Shown: piece after piece, positions 39,161 through 50,838 of the stretch
Layout of the letters: each line of letters begins with the position of its first letter
Position numbering within the stretch: the stretch's first letter is position 1
DNA from: Guillardia theta CCMP2712
Lineage: Eukaryota; Protista; Cryptophyta
DNA: 64,000 nucleotides
Direction of reading: 5' to 3'
Assembly: GCF_000315625.1 (NCBI RefSeq)
Contig: NW_005434482.1
Location: 1 to 64,000 of the forward strand
Notes under the pieces: generated by a model
Databases searched by the model: none
What the model saw: the letters and a program-made list of their open reading frames with translations, nothing else
Told to the model about the DNA's origin: nothing
Position numbers and translations under genes: made by a program

Positions 39161-40699
39161 CAGAAAGTCACTCAAACCGTTCCAAGAGAATGTCAGCAGA
39201 TCCAAGTCAAGATACGATGATACAACGTCAAGTTCACAGTCATGCTGAGTGGGCAATAACCATTCAAAGATTGTCCATTCTGAAGAAGATTTTCATGCAG
39301 GGCTATTAGATGTGCAGTGCAGAGATAAGGGGAGATGCCGCTGGCGAGCTGATGGCCGCAAGAGAGAGCCTCGGAGAGAGAGAGTGCCCGCCGGCATTTG
39401 AAGACCAAAAGATAAATTTTGAACCGTAAAGAACTTGTGACCAGAGATTGCTGCCGCGAGATTGGAACATCGAGTCCGTTTCAAGGCATCTGAACATGTT
39501 TTGCAGTTGTACCTTGTTCGCCGATCCAGAAGTAGCTCTGAGTTATGCATGCCACAGCCTAGCTCCATGCCATGAAACTTCCGCCAGATCTCAGTCCTGG
39601 TAGTTCCATTTGATCCTACTCAAAGATCAAGAAGATTAGAATCGAATTAGCTCCGACAACTGTGTTTCCGACACAGTTCAGATATTCGAACTTGCGGCTA
39701 GAGAGAGAGCCTGATTGAAGAGAGGAGTCATCCGAATGTGTAAGGCTTGATAAAAATTGCATAACTTCAACTTTCAACAGCAACGGAAAACAATACCAAG
39801 AAAGAAAAAACTCCAGTGTAAACAATTCAACTAACCAAATATAAGATCAACATGATTCGGACTCGGGGGGGCGGCATGTAATCGGGGCCCATATGACGGA
39901 ATACAAGTTTGTTAGACTTGTACTAGTCCAAAGTCACGCAGATATCACATCGACAGGCTAAGTTGTAACAAGACAGTGATGGCAAGTTTTGCTCAAGACC
40001 GAGTTTAATGCACACAAAAACCAGAATTGAGGAGCACATGAGAGATAGACTGTATGCTAGGATGTGAAACCCAAGCAGACGGCTAGGAAGGCCTCCTCTT
40101 CATCACACGTACTACAATGCCGCCTTGACACGTAAGTCGTCTTGGTTTACAGGAGAGTTTTTGTTAACTCGGCGCTATCTGGCAGGCTGGCACGGCTGGC
40201 ATACGCTCCATCACGCATGGCACCCCGTGATGTGAGACTAGTAGCAGAGCAAGATAACGTATCCGAGGGACTGACTCGTGTAAGAGTGGCGAGGTAACGA
40301 GCGGCCAAGGTGTCCGCTCCTCTCTGAGCTTAAATAGTGTCGTAAATGATCTTGCTATGGTACCGTACGGTCAAGTCTCATCCTCGTAGTGAAGTACTCT
40401 ACCTGTCACTATCATTCAACGGTACTGAGTTTACGACGGAGTAGCCGCCAGGTCCACCGTACAACTCGGATGCCGTTGGGCATGGTATACATAACAGTCG
40501 GTATTCGCCTGATGAAGTACCAAAATGGCTACCCGACACGGTACCGGAGGTATTTCATATAAAACTTCATATTGCCCTTATGAGTTTTTGCTATTTCAGT
40601 TTCGGCATGACTCGGGGATGATGCTGTCAGTGTTGCATCGTTACAAGTGCAACGATGTCATGGGTACAACATCACCCCGCGACTGTCGAACGGTCCGAC

Positions 40700-41045
40700 A
40701 ACCCGGCGTCACGGCCGCGGCGTTGCACCCGGGCCGGCCGCCGGGCTGCGCCCGGATCATCGCCGGATCCCGGAGTCCCGGCGGAGTCTGCCAGACCGGT
40801 CTAGGCGGCAGTGGCCGTTCAAGTTGGCGCCCCCCGCGGCCGGGCGCGGCCCCCTCACCCATGGTCGGAGGCCGGGGCCCGGGTGCACCGGGGCGGAACT
40901 TGAGGCCGCCGTCCGGAGCCTGCAGTGGCCGGGCCCGGCGGCGGCCCGCCGGGCCGGGGCCCCGGGGCCCCCCCGCCGCCGGGGCCGGGAGCCGGGCCGA
41001 GAGGGGGGGGAGTCACAGTGAGTCACGTGACGACGTCGTCACGCG
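40700..41045. promoter_or_regulatory. CCGG-rich GC island (right inner)
   Basis: Dense ccgg/ggcc, TGAGTCA at 41019, CACGTG, and an 18-bp palindrome at 41026-41043. Confidence 0.55.
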
Positions 41046-41776
41046 GCGTTTGCAAGTGACTGAAAGATGAGTAACTAAAAGTATGGGCCCCTGCAGCATC
41101 GCAGAATGGCGCGCCCGCCTCGTCCGGTTGTCACCATGGTGGAGTCCGTGTCCTTTATGACCGCCAACCAGATTTTTTGATAGTCTTAAATCTATCTATG
41201 GTATTTCAAATTTCATCGAGATATTCCAACATGGTGGTGCAAACTTTTCAGAAATAAGAAGTGAGTTATTAGAAGTAAATTTTCTGCAAGTGAACCCTCA
41301 CAAATGAAAACAATTCAAGATATTAACAAAATTTGAAAACGTTTGAAACAATTTGAAATTATCAGAAATGTTCATGTCTTCAAAAACGATTTTTTTCATA
41401 CCCCCCGCTTGCCGCTTCCGCTCAATATCCCTTCGACCACGATGCTTCTGCAGTCGCGCCTGACTAACCCGTGTTCGCTCTCCATCCTCTCCTTGCCATG
41501 TCCAGTAGGGGTTCCTTTCGTTTCCCTTGGCTATTTTTTGCGTCCTTCGTTTCCTTCCCTTCTCTTGCTATGATTCGAGTCTCCCTGCTAGGCTGTACCT
41601 TGCTGCAATGCGGCATGATCGCTGCTGAAACCCTGCTCGTCATTTCGCTCCACTTCTCATCAGCTCTTGCGTTTTGCTTTTCGATGTGATCCTTTCTGTC
41701 TACCATCACATATTCTTTTCCTTTTTCTCGTAATCACACCAATTCTGAGCCATTTTGACTTTTGTCGCAGGGTGCT

Positions 41777-44624
41777 AAGACCCCATGCCCTCCAAGCACT
41801 CCGCTATCCTCCTCCTCCTCCTCCCAGCTCTCGCCCATGCTGCTCTTCCTGTCCAACAGCATGATACAAAGTCCAGCCATGCTGCCCCGGCCCAACATGC
41901 CCACAACTTCCTGGATCTGGTCAAGACCAGGGTCGGGCAGCTCTCGTCCTCCCTCTCGGACCTCCCGCACTCCCTCAAGGTCCACGTGGCCAAGCACAAG
42001 GCCGACGCGTCGAGGCAGCAGCGCGCCAAGACCCGCAGCATGTCGGGAGACCCTTGCGACTCGTGGAGCAACCCGCTCGTCATGGAGATATCCTCCTCCA
42101 TGACCAACTGCCCCATGCTTGACTTCTTCGATGCGAGCTCGAGGGCGTCTGGGTGTGAGTGCATGTCGGGGATGCTTGACATGGTTGGGAGCCTGTCGGA
42201 GGCAGACCTGAGCTCGCTCATGGCTTGTCCGATGATCAACATCTCCATCACAACATGGAACATGACTTGTCGCGACAATCAGTTTGCGGCTTGTTTGGAC
42301 CAACTCAGCAACGTCGAGTCTCCGCAAGCTGCCATGGAGGTGAGCAAGAGGAGCAGAGCGAGAGGGCTAGCGAGGGAGGGGCATGTGATGGAGGCTGCAG
42401 GTGATATGCAGCGACTGCGTGCGAATGATGTACCAGATGACGACTACGATGATGATGATGATAAGCGGGGAGGGAGAAATGAGCATGCCCGCGTCGTCCA
42501 ACGAGGATCAAGTGATGAACAACGTGATGGGGCTTTGCGACCAATGCACTCCTGCAGCTGTCTTGGAGGCCATGACCGGGTCCTCGAGTGACTACCAGGC
42601 AAGGGCAAGCCTGCTCTGCTCGTCCTGCGGGATGAAGGTGAGGGAAGAGGCGGAGCCTGGAGGGAGGAAGGCTGAGATGACTCACGTCAGGTGATGCAAG
42701 CGGTTGCGCTTGTCGAGCCAGACAGTTGGATGAGCATGATTGCGAGCGCAGGCTGCTACACAGGTGAAGAAGGGAGGGAGAGGAAGAAGGGCATGGATGG
42801 ACAAAAGGAAGAGAGCGAGCAAGGGAGGGAGAAGGGAGAGTTGGGGAAGGAAGATGAGGGGAGGGATGTGCGGTGAAGTGGAAGCGTCGGGTCACGAGGG
42901 GGTCATGACGGTGCATGCGGGCAGATCAAGGCTCTTACTGTGCGGAGCGATACATGAACGAGGCTGAGTTTGCGCCAAAGTGGAGTACCGTTCTTTCTGC
43001 ATGTGGCCTTCCCGCCGACCCGATGTCCGTGACGGACTACACCTACATGGGCTTCATGGGACTTGCTTGCTCGATGGAATGCCAGGTATGAGCAACGATA
43101 GCAGACGACGAGAGGGGAGGACATGGAAGCCATGGGGCTGACGGGGAGAGCAGGAGGCGCTGGCGTCGTACCAGTCGTACGTGGGCTGCTGCCTCAATGG
43201 GTTGGGAGACGCTATGCCGTGGCAGTTTCAGACCATCTGGCAGAACATCACCGACACCTGCTATGCAAACAACATGCAGGACAGCAACAGCACCATGACT
43301 CCTCCTCCTTCCTGTGATGAAGCTGCCGCTCCTACTGCACAGCCGCTGACAGACTTGATCGTCAGGCGACATGTACTCCACCTACCCAATTGAGAAGTAC
43401 GCTGTCATTGCCTTTGAGAATCTCTCCCCGGATCACTTCATGTACGGCATGTACGACATGTACGGCATGTCGTGGTATGGCGGCAACGACTTCTTCAACT
43501 CGGTAAGCGCCCAGGAGCGCCGCTCCTCCTCTCGCCTCCTCCTCCTCACTACCTGCTGCAGGCCGTCATGGACTTTGTCACGAGCTTCCCGGCTACCTAC
43601 AACGGAGTGAGACTGACGTCCGCGCCATCTTCTACTTCTTATACTCTGCCTGGCAGACGTATCTGCACTACTGGACATATCAGTACCCCTTGACGACTCT
43701 CCACCTGCACGTCAAGGTCTTGTCAGCCGAGCATGTGCGTTGCGCTCATCCGTCTGGCTGCCTTCTGTTGCTCACTGCAGCCGGCAGGACGCCATGCTGA
43801 CCGCCGAGCTGTCGCCGTATGTAGACAACAAGTTCTCCATCCTCCAGGCAAGCAGGCGAGGAGCTGGGGCTGTGCTGGTCTCACGTGCCGCGGGTTGTAC
43901 AGGGGCTGATGAGAGGCTGGACTGAGATGTACAGCGACATGAAGGTCATATCGACCGCGCCCATGCCCCTGTACATGCTGAACGACTATTGGAACCCTGG
44001 GGTACGAGCTGAGAAGAGGTCGTAAGGTCGTGACGAGTCTGTGGCAGTGCTATGCCGGGAGCAGCTGGAAGAACATCAGCCGGGACCCCCTCAAGACCTT
44101 TATCACCGGTGAGCTTGCTGCCTCGCTCGCGGCGCTGGTGACGTGAGAGGGACGGCAGGGGGGCTGGGCAAGCAGATGTTGCCGTACAAGAAGGAGGTGT
44201 GGATGTGCTTGCAAGGACAAGGCACCTGCGGATGGGTAAGGGGCAGCGGTAGGAGGGGAAGGAGGAAGTGACGTGGCTTGAGCAGTTCAACGACGCCTAC
44301 TGCTATGTGTACGACGAGAGCTGGTGGGTCAGCGAGGGAGGAGGAGGAGGGGAAGGAGGAAGAGGAGGGGAAGGAGGAAGAGGAGGGGTGGAGGGGGAGG
44401 GGGAGGGGGCGGAGAAGGAGGACGGTGAAACTGACGGGTGTGGGACGAGCAGGAGCGCCTTCATACCATGGGACTACCAGACGAATCTGGGCATTGTGGG
44501 ATGAGCTTCAAGACAAGAGGAGGGAAAGAGGAAGAGAAGATCAGGAGTTGATAGGATGCGTTGAGTGTGTGAGTGTGTAATGAGTAAGCAGCTATAGGTA
44601 TGATGAGGTATTGACATCGTGCTG
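41777..44624 (+). repeat. Right arm of the inverted duplication
   Basis: Matches the left arm; paired ORFs are near-identical (e.g. 43946..44290 versus 35119..35463). Confidence 0.95.
41785..44504 (+). CDS. Secreted Cys/Met-rich protein of unknown function, about 13 exons (copy B)
   Basis: Exon 1 41785-42339, exon 2 42401-42637, exon 3 from 42691; stop at 44504 (PWDYQTNLGIVG*). Signal peptide present; likely GC donor near 43848. Confidence 0.85.
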
Positions 44625-45257
44625 ATTCATTACGAAAGACAAGAGAAGCTTGGTGATGTTTTCAAATGGAGAATGGTTTCGTGAAGGCAATAAACTTGTC
44701 TGACTGTTCAAATATCATTTGTACTCAGCTTTCGCTGATAGTCATTATTATTCACGCAACTTGAGAAGAGGTTTTTCAATGAGTCATTCAGATGTCCTTC
44801 AAGCGAGAGATGATACTTATTCTGGTTTATCTTGACTTATTTTCTTGCAGTGTTGGCAAGGTGGAGCATATTTTGTTTCTGATTGCGAAAATGAAAAACT
44901 CGACCTGCTGTATCAACTTTGCAATTCCTTTTGCATTTTTTCGATCTACCACATTGATGGTATATCTCCATTGCATGCACCCAAACATTTTGTACAGTTT
45001 CCAACAAGCAATAAACTTTTTCTGATAGAAATGACATCGTTACCTACAAGGCGTGTCGAAAGTCCTCGAAAACAAGGAATTGTGGACAAGTATCGAGTCG
45101 GGGAACGAATTCTTCAAGTCGTCAATGAAATATTTTGGATTAATTTGGTTTATTGATCTAGGAAAAGCAACCAGGACAATATTTTACACGAAATCTGCCA
45201 CATAAGATGGAAAACTGCCCGCCATAACACAGGAGGAGGGAGATAGAGCAAGGAAGG

Positions 45258-45860
45258 TTACTCCTGCACAGGGGACGTCCTGCTCCTCTGACGAGAGAGA
45301 CGCTGGAAGTACTTCTGAGCATGAGATCGGACCTGCGAGACTGTCCTCGTTCCAATGTCCATGGCAATCAGGTCGGCCACGTGTGGCCCAAGGCCAGCGT
45401 ACATCCTGCCGTCCTCCTTAGTCTCTCTGTTGCAGCTGATGTTGAACTTCTTGAGAGCATCGAGAAACTTTTGATGCTCTCTTGGCGACCACATGCTCCG
45501 CTGCACAGACTTGGGCATGTGGCCGGTAGAGGGAGCAGCCCGGGGCTCCCCCCTGTTGGCTTGCTCCTCCTCAGCCTCCAGCGCTGAGTCCGACTCTGAC
45601 GTGCAGTAGCTGTCGTCGGAGTTGGTGTTGGACTCTCTCTCGTGCTGCTCCATGCCTGCCTCCTTGGGGAACGTCTTGGCATAGATCATCATGATCCTGG
45701 GAGATTCTTCCTGAGCCGAAGGAAGAGCTTGCATCTCTTCCTCTTGGAAAGCAAAGAGAGAGGGGGAGGGCGATTGTCTTTCAGGAAAGACAAAGGAGTC
45801 CTCTGGGAAGAGAGCGGCGATTGCATCAACCAAACTGACTTCGTCCTGATAAACTTGCAT
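45258..45860 (-). CDS. MYB-related SHAQKYF transcription factor (copy 2)
   Basis: WSPREHQKFLDALKKF...IGTRTVSQVRSHAQKYF. Confidence 0.95.
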   Translation of the reverse strand: MQVYQDEVSLVDAIAALFPEDSFVFPERQSPSPSLFAFQEEEMQALPSAQEESPRIMMIYAKTFPKEAGMEQHERESNTNSDDSYCTSESDSALEAEEEQANRGEPRAAPSTGHMPKSVQRSMWSPREHQKFLDALKKFNISCNRETKEDGRMYAGLGPHVADLIAMDIGTRTVSQVRSHAQKYFQRLSRQRSRTSPVQE

Positions 45861-47059
45861 CTTGGTATGTGAGATGGTTTCAAACGGGTTCTGATGGGAG
45901 GGGAAGGTGACTGTCAGGCAGACGAAGGAAGGGAGGTGTAGATTCTTGTTTGTTGTTGGGGAGGATGGAAGAGGTCAGGCAAGAACAAGTAGAGGAGGTA
46001 GGAGATGGCAAAGCTTGTTGGGGAGCAGGAGCGTGAGTAGAGGGGAGGGGAAGAAGGTAGAAGAAGGGAGAAAGGAGGGGGAGCCTTGAAGCTGTGCTGA
46101 ACGGAAAGATGTCTTTTCGACAAAGATGACGTAACCCCTAACATCTGAGATCCAAGGAAAACACTCCAGTTCGGAAATTCTTTGCCCCCTGTCCATGAAG
46201 CGATGCCATTTGGAGGAAGTGGGGTTCAAGGTCCATTGACGAAAATGTATCGAAAAGGTGTATTTCCATGCTCTCCGGTCATCAGTGCACGGCCACCCTG
46301 TAAAACCAACCCTTAAATTAGATCTCAATCACCAGATCCGATGACAGTAAAGTCTCCGGGACGGGTCTTCAATTTCCTGTAAGGGGGGGTGGGGGTCTTA
46401 CCCTTTGCACGTAGCTTTCATGGCTCAAAAAGATCGCAGAATCGTCTAGAGCCTGCATGGGTGGCCCCTTCTCCCAGTCGTTTGTGTTTTGTGCTCTTAC
46501 CCCTCTAAGGTTTACATTTTCTTAAATGAGAGCATATGCAAGCAAGGGTATCCTCAATGGATGCGTCATAGTGCTGCCGTGGGCCTGCTGCGTCCTTTCG
46601 GGGTCTCCACTGCCGTCCCGTCCTCCGGCCCTCTTCAGCCCCCGGGTGCTGCTGACGAAAAAAAGAGTCTATAAAAAGGTAAGGGAAACTATATCCGGTA
46701 CACGTGGAATTGTGAAACGATGCTGTTTCAGAAGAAGGGGAATGCGTGCCCGAATCCTCATGGGGAGGGGTGGACTTCCCCTTGTTGCTAGGACTGGATT
46801 GGGCGGGGTACTCGAATTTGAGGCCGTCGTTAACCAAAAAAAAGGCGTGCCCGACGGTTTCCAATTCGTCCGTTAAAACTCAACGGTGTCCCGTCTACTA
46901 CTACTCCTGATTGTCATCGTACTGATCTTTAACTTAACTTTGAGTAAAGAACATGAGGAGTAGACCAGCCTCCTTGCACAAATGTTTAGTCAACTTGGCA
47001 AAGGGAGGGCCATTCGAAGTTTGAAGTTCAAACTTCAACCGATGGGGAACTTCGGAACT

Positions 47060-47380
47060 TCCCGGGAGTCCGGCCGCCGCTTGGCAACGTGCCCGCCGGG
47101 CCGTGGAACCGGCGGACCCGGCCGGCACACGCCGGGCGGGGCAGTGCAGTGCGGCGGACCGTACCGCCGGTCGGCCGCGGGGGCCGGGCACTGCGGAATG
47201 CGCACGCCGGGCACTGCGGCAGTCGCGGCGGCGGCCCGGCGGACCGTGACTGTACTACGGTACTCCAGTCGGATCGGATCGGACCGTCGACCGCTGGCAT
47301 CTACCGTCAGGCTAGGCCCTACGGCGTGACACTGTGACACGGTCACCGGTCCGGTATTCATCTCGCTGGGCCGCAGTGTA
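47060..47380. promoter_or_regulatory. CCGG-rich GC island upstream of MYB copy 2
   Basis: Dense ccgg/ggcc, GTAC-rich flank, TGAGTCA at 47446. Confidence 0.5.
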
Positions 47381-47709
47381 CCGGGAAACGAACCTTCTCA
47401 GCACGGTCTTACCGTACGGTAAATGTTGTGTATTTTAACACTAAGTGAGTCAATGTTTCACTGCAACTTACGGCTACTACAGTGATGGTATTTGCGGCAA
47501 CTTGCTTGAGTTCGGTTGCTCAGTGACGGTGATCGGACTCAGTGTCGGATGCCGTGACTGACCATGATGGTGTACTAGTAGTTGGTGTGGTAGCTCCGAA
47601 CTTAGCATCATCATTCACCATGCAGGCTGAGTGACCTCGGAACGGTTCAAGTGAGCGGCTATCATGAGAACTAGTTTCATCAGTCTCGTAGAAGTCCCGG
47701 ACTCGGAGT

Positions 47710-48614
47710 TCATGACTTGTCACGATCATCGAAGATGGATGACTTGCGTTTCCCAAGCGGCACGAAATGTATGCTGTTGTCCCAAGAGGCTTGCTTCTTC
47801 TTTTTGGAGATGTTTTGAAAGTATTTCTGGGCGTGCGATCGTACTTGAGCGACAGTGCGCGTTCCGATGTCCATGGCGATGAGGTTTGCGACGTGGGGGC
47901 CAAGCCCCACGAACATCTTGCCATCCCCGTCCTCTTCTCGCTTCGTGTTGATGTTGTACTTGTTCAGGGCTTCAAGAAACTTGGCATGCTCCTCTTTCGT
48001 CCACATCATCCTTGGCTTTTCCGATGGAGATCCTCCTCCTTCTGGGCTGGAGCCAGTATTCCTCGCGCCTTCCGGCTTACGTTGTGCAGCATTGCTGCTA
48101 GAGGAAGGCATCGAGTGGCTTGCGTCCTGGTGAAAGAGCAAATGGGGTGTAAACCTGCACGGATGACCTTGAACCTCTGCTGCAGGGCTGACGAGCAGTG
48201 TTGGATTACAGCTGAGCTGTCGATGAGCAGGGTCGCGAAAGTCCAGAGGAGAAGAGAGAACAGGAGCTGGCAAAGCTGCACACTGAAGAGGCTCGTCGAG
48301 GCTGATGGTATGCGGGCGCGGCATATCGCACTGAAGCAGCGCGGTTGAAACCGAATGGTCGAAGTCGAACTTAGACGGCAGGTGGTTTTGTACCGCACCC
48401 GCTAGGTTGACGGAAGAAGAGGAGGGGTTGAGAAGATAGCATGCTGGTTGGCAGCATAGGAAGCTTGCCTGTCGAAGTCTGCAGAGAGTTCGCTGGAAGG
48501 GAGAGCCGATGTTTCCGTATCGATCGGGCAAGGGTGCGGCCAGCCTTGCTCACCCTCAGGGAACAAAGCCGCGATAGCGTCGTCAATGCTCAGTGTATCT
48601 GGTTTCTTCTGCAT
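47710..48614 (-). CDS. MYB-related SHAQKYF transcription factor (copy 3), two coding exons
   Basis: WTKEEHAKFLEALNKY...VRSHAQKYF. Exon 1 48614-48554 (MQKKPDTLSIDDAIAALFPE) joins 48401 in frame through a GTGAGC...TAG intron. Confidence 0.9.
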
Positions 48615-49702
48615 CCTTGACCTGCAAACAGACAGCCAATGTCAGTTGAAGTGATAACACTATCAAAACACGCAAGCTGCAGAGCTGGATACTGAACACT
48701 AGGAATACTTCACATCAGGCTGTTTCAAGTCATGAGGAGTTGGCCGCAGGTATATCTCCCTCTCTTGCAGCAAAACAAGCGATGAGGGTCAGGAAAACCA
48801 GAAGACGTTTATGACCATCTAAGTTAGTCAAGTGCATCGCTACTTCATCAATCTCAAGGGCGTTTGTCTTTCCTGAATTTGAATGTTTTCGTACGAGTAG
48901 CAGTAAAGCGAATCACTACTTCCCTCAGCTTCTACACACGTACGTTGCAATGCGCTGCACAGATGTTGATGCAGAGGTATAATCAACCCACATGGACACC
49001 ATTTAGTGCACTGCAGACACCAAAGGCAGGGCAAGCGTGAGCACGAGGGGATGGGCATCGCGTGGGATAGTACATGATATCTGTGTGGGAGCACAGTAGC
49101 AGCGACGCTGGCAGAGCCATCAAGCAGACGTTGGTAGTTACATGGGGAAGGAGGGGATGCTGGTAAGTGTGTGGAGGGATGTGAAGCTTCTTGCTGGAGG
49201 AGGGAAGGGGGGTGGGGGGGGAGGAATGACGGGCATTCGGGGATGAGCTTTTAGGAGCTGGGGGACGGAGGAAGAGGCGAGGGGGGCTGCAGCCATTTCC
49301 TGCTTACATGAAAAATACATCGATTGGAATATTTGCTGACACAGACAAACTGAAAAGACTCTCATCCAGTCAAAGCCAGAACCACCTGTTCTTCAAATGA
49401 TGCTTTTTGGTCTACACCAACGACCCGGAGGCCAGAAATCTCCTGAAAGTCTGCTTTTCCAGCTTTTCCACGGATTTATAGCAACTTTTTACCACATAGC
49501 GATGACATCATGAGTTATTTTACCACAGCCTGGAAGGTCTTACAAAGGTCAGCTGAAGATATTCTTGGTTTAATAACATTTTATAAATAAGGACCCAATA
49601 TTATACATAAAAATCTATAATATGCCGCACTATCTCGCTATAAATAATTTTTCGCACCTACATGTCACACCTGTCACGAGCTACTTTTAGTTTCAGTCAC
49701 GC

Positions 49703-49738
49703 CGCCCCCCCCGGGGGGGGGGGGGGGGGGGGGGGGGG
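49703..49738. repeat. Poly-C immediately followed by a long poly-G tract
   Basis: Directly visible; close to a contig end. Confidence 0.8.
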
Positions 49739-50838
49739 ATAAAAAAAATCGCGACAAGGGTGTGATGTTTATTTGGGAAAAAAATTTTTTTGGGGAGGGG
49801 GGGGGGGTTTTAGATTTTTATTGGTGACCAAAAGGGGGCTGCAATAAAGAAAGCGAGAAAAAAGAGAAGATAAAGTTGGGGGNNNNNNNNNNNNNNNNNN
49901 NNNNNNNNNNNNNNNNNNNNNNNNNNNNNNNNNNNNNNNNNNNNNNNNNNNNNNNNNNNNNNNNNNNNNNNNNNNNNNNNNNAGTGCATTGGGAATCTCG
50001 TGAGTCAAACATAGGGGTCGCACCAGTACCTCAGCGGATGAATGGGCTAGTGATCGAGAGAGTTTGCAGAGAAGCAGACGTAGACTGATTAATACCATGA
50101 TTGCAGATGAAGAACAAGTACACAACACAAAGAAGCAGGTTGAATCGATGAGCAGATGAAATGTTTTTTGTGGGGGGGGGAGGGACGGGCCGGGGCCCGG
50201 TTGAGGTTTGCTAAAAGTAGTTTTGAGTATGATTGCGGGGACGTGATGTATTTCACCTGGGTAGGGTACTTGATGCACGGGTGATGAATAAAGTAATTCA
50301 ATGGGAGTATACGGGGTCCAGAATGCTCTCCGGGGGTTTCTTAGGGACAGGAGGGGTGGTCACACGCAAAGTACGAAGGAACCAAAAATGAGACTGGATG
50401 GAGGGAAAGAGGAGGGAGGGAGGAAAGAATGGAGGAGTGAGAAGGGTCAGATACGACATGAGGGTGAAGAGAGCGATGCCGTGATTGGTAATGGAGAAGA
50501 GCAAGGGGGGATGTGTGATGCGAAAGGGGGGGGAGAGATCTTTGATGAGATCTTGTGGTTTGAAGAAAGCGAAAGCGTGATTAGTTCGACCGACTTCGTT
50601 TCTCTCAGAAGGGATCGTATGACTTATAATATCTATCATGATGGAAGAAAACTTGGGAAAAGGAAACTTGGTGGAATGGCCGCATGCAAAGGAGCCATGC
50701 CGCTTCGAGAACGGCAAAGCAGATTGAATTTCTCTCTTGTAGACATGAGAGGAACTGCATTGGAACGGCCGATTCCCCGCCGAATTAACTGAAAGAATTC
50801 TCAGGTAGATTGAAAGAAGCGGCGCTACCGAATCGGAC

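Noticed and set aside
40525-41070. Gly/Arg/Pro-rich ORFs over the GC islands (also at 5.5, 38.9, 47.1 and 59.4 kb)
   Set aside because: Stop-poor because of extreme GC content, open in several frames on both strands, and without protein motifs.
34810-44624. Inverted arms as terminal inverted repeats of a transposon or Polinton
   Set aside because: The arms are spliced host-like genes; no transposase, integrase, polymerase or target-site duplication was seen.
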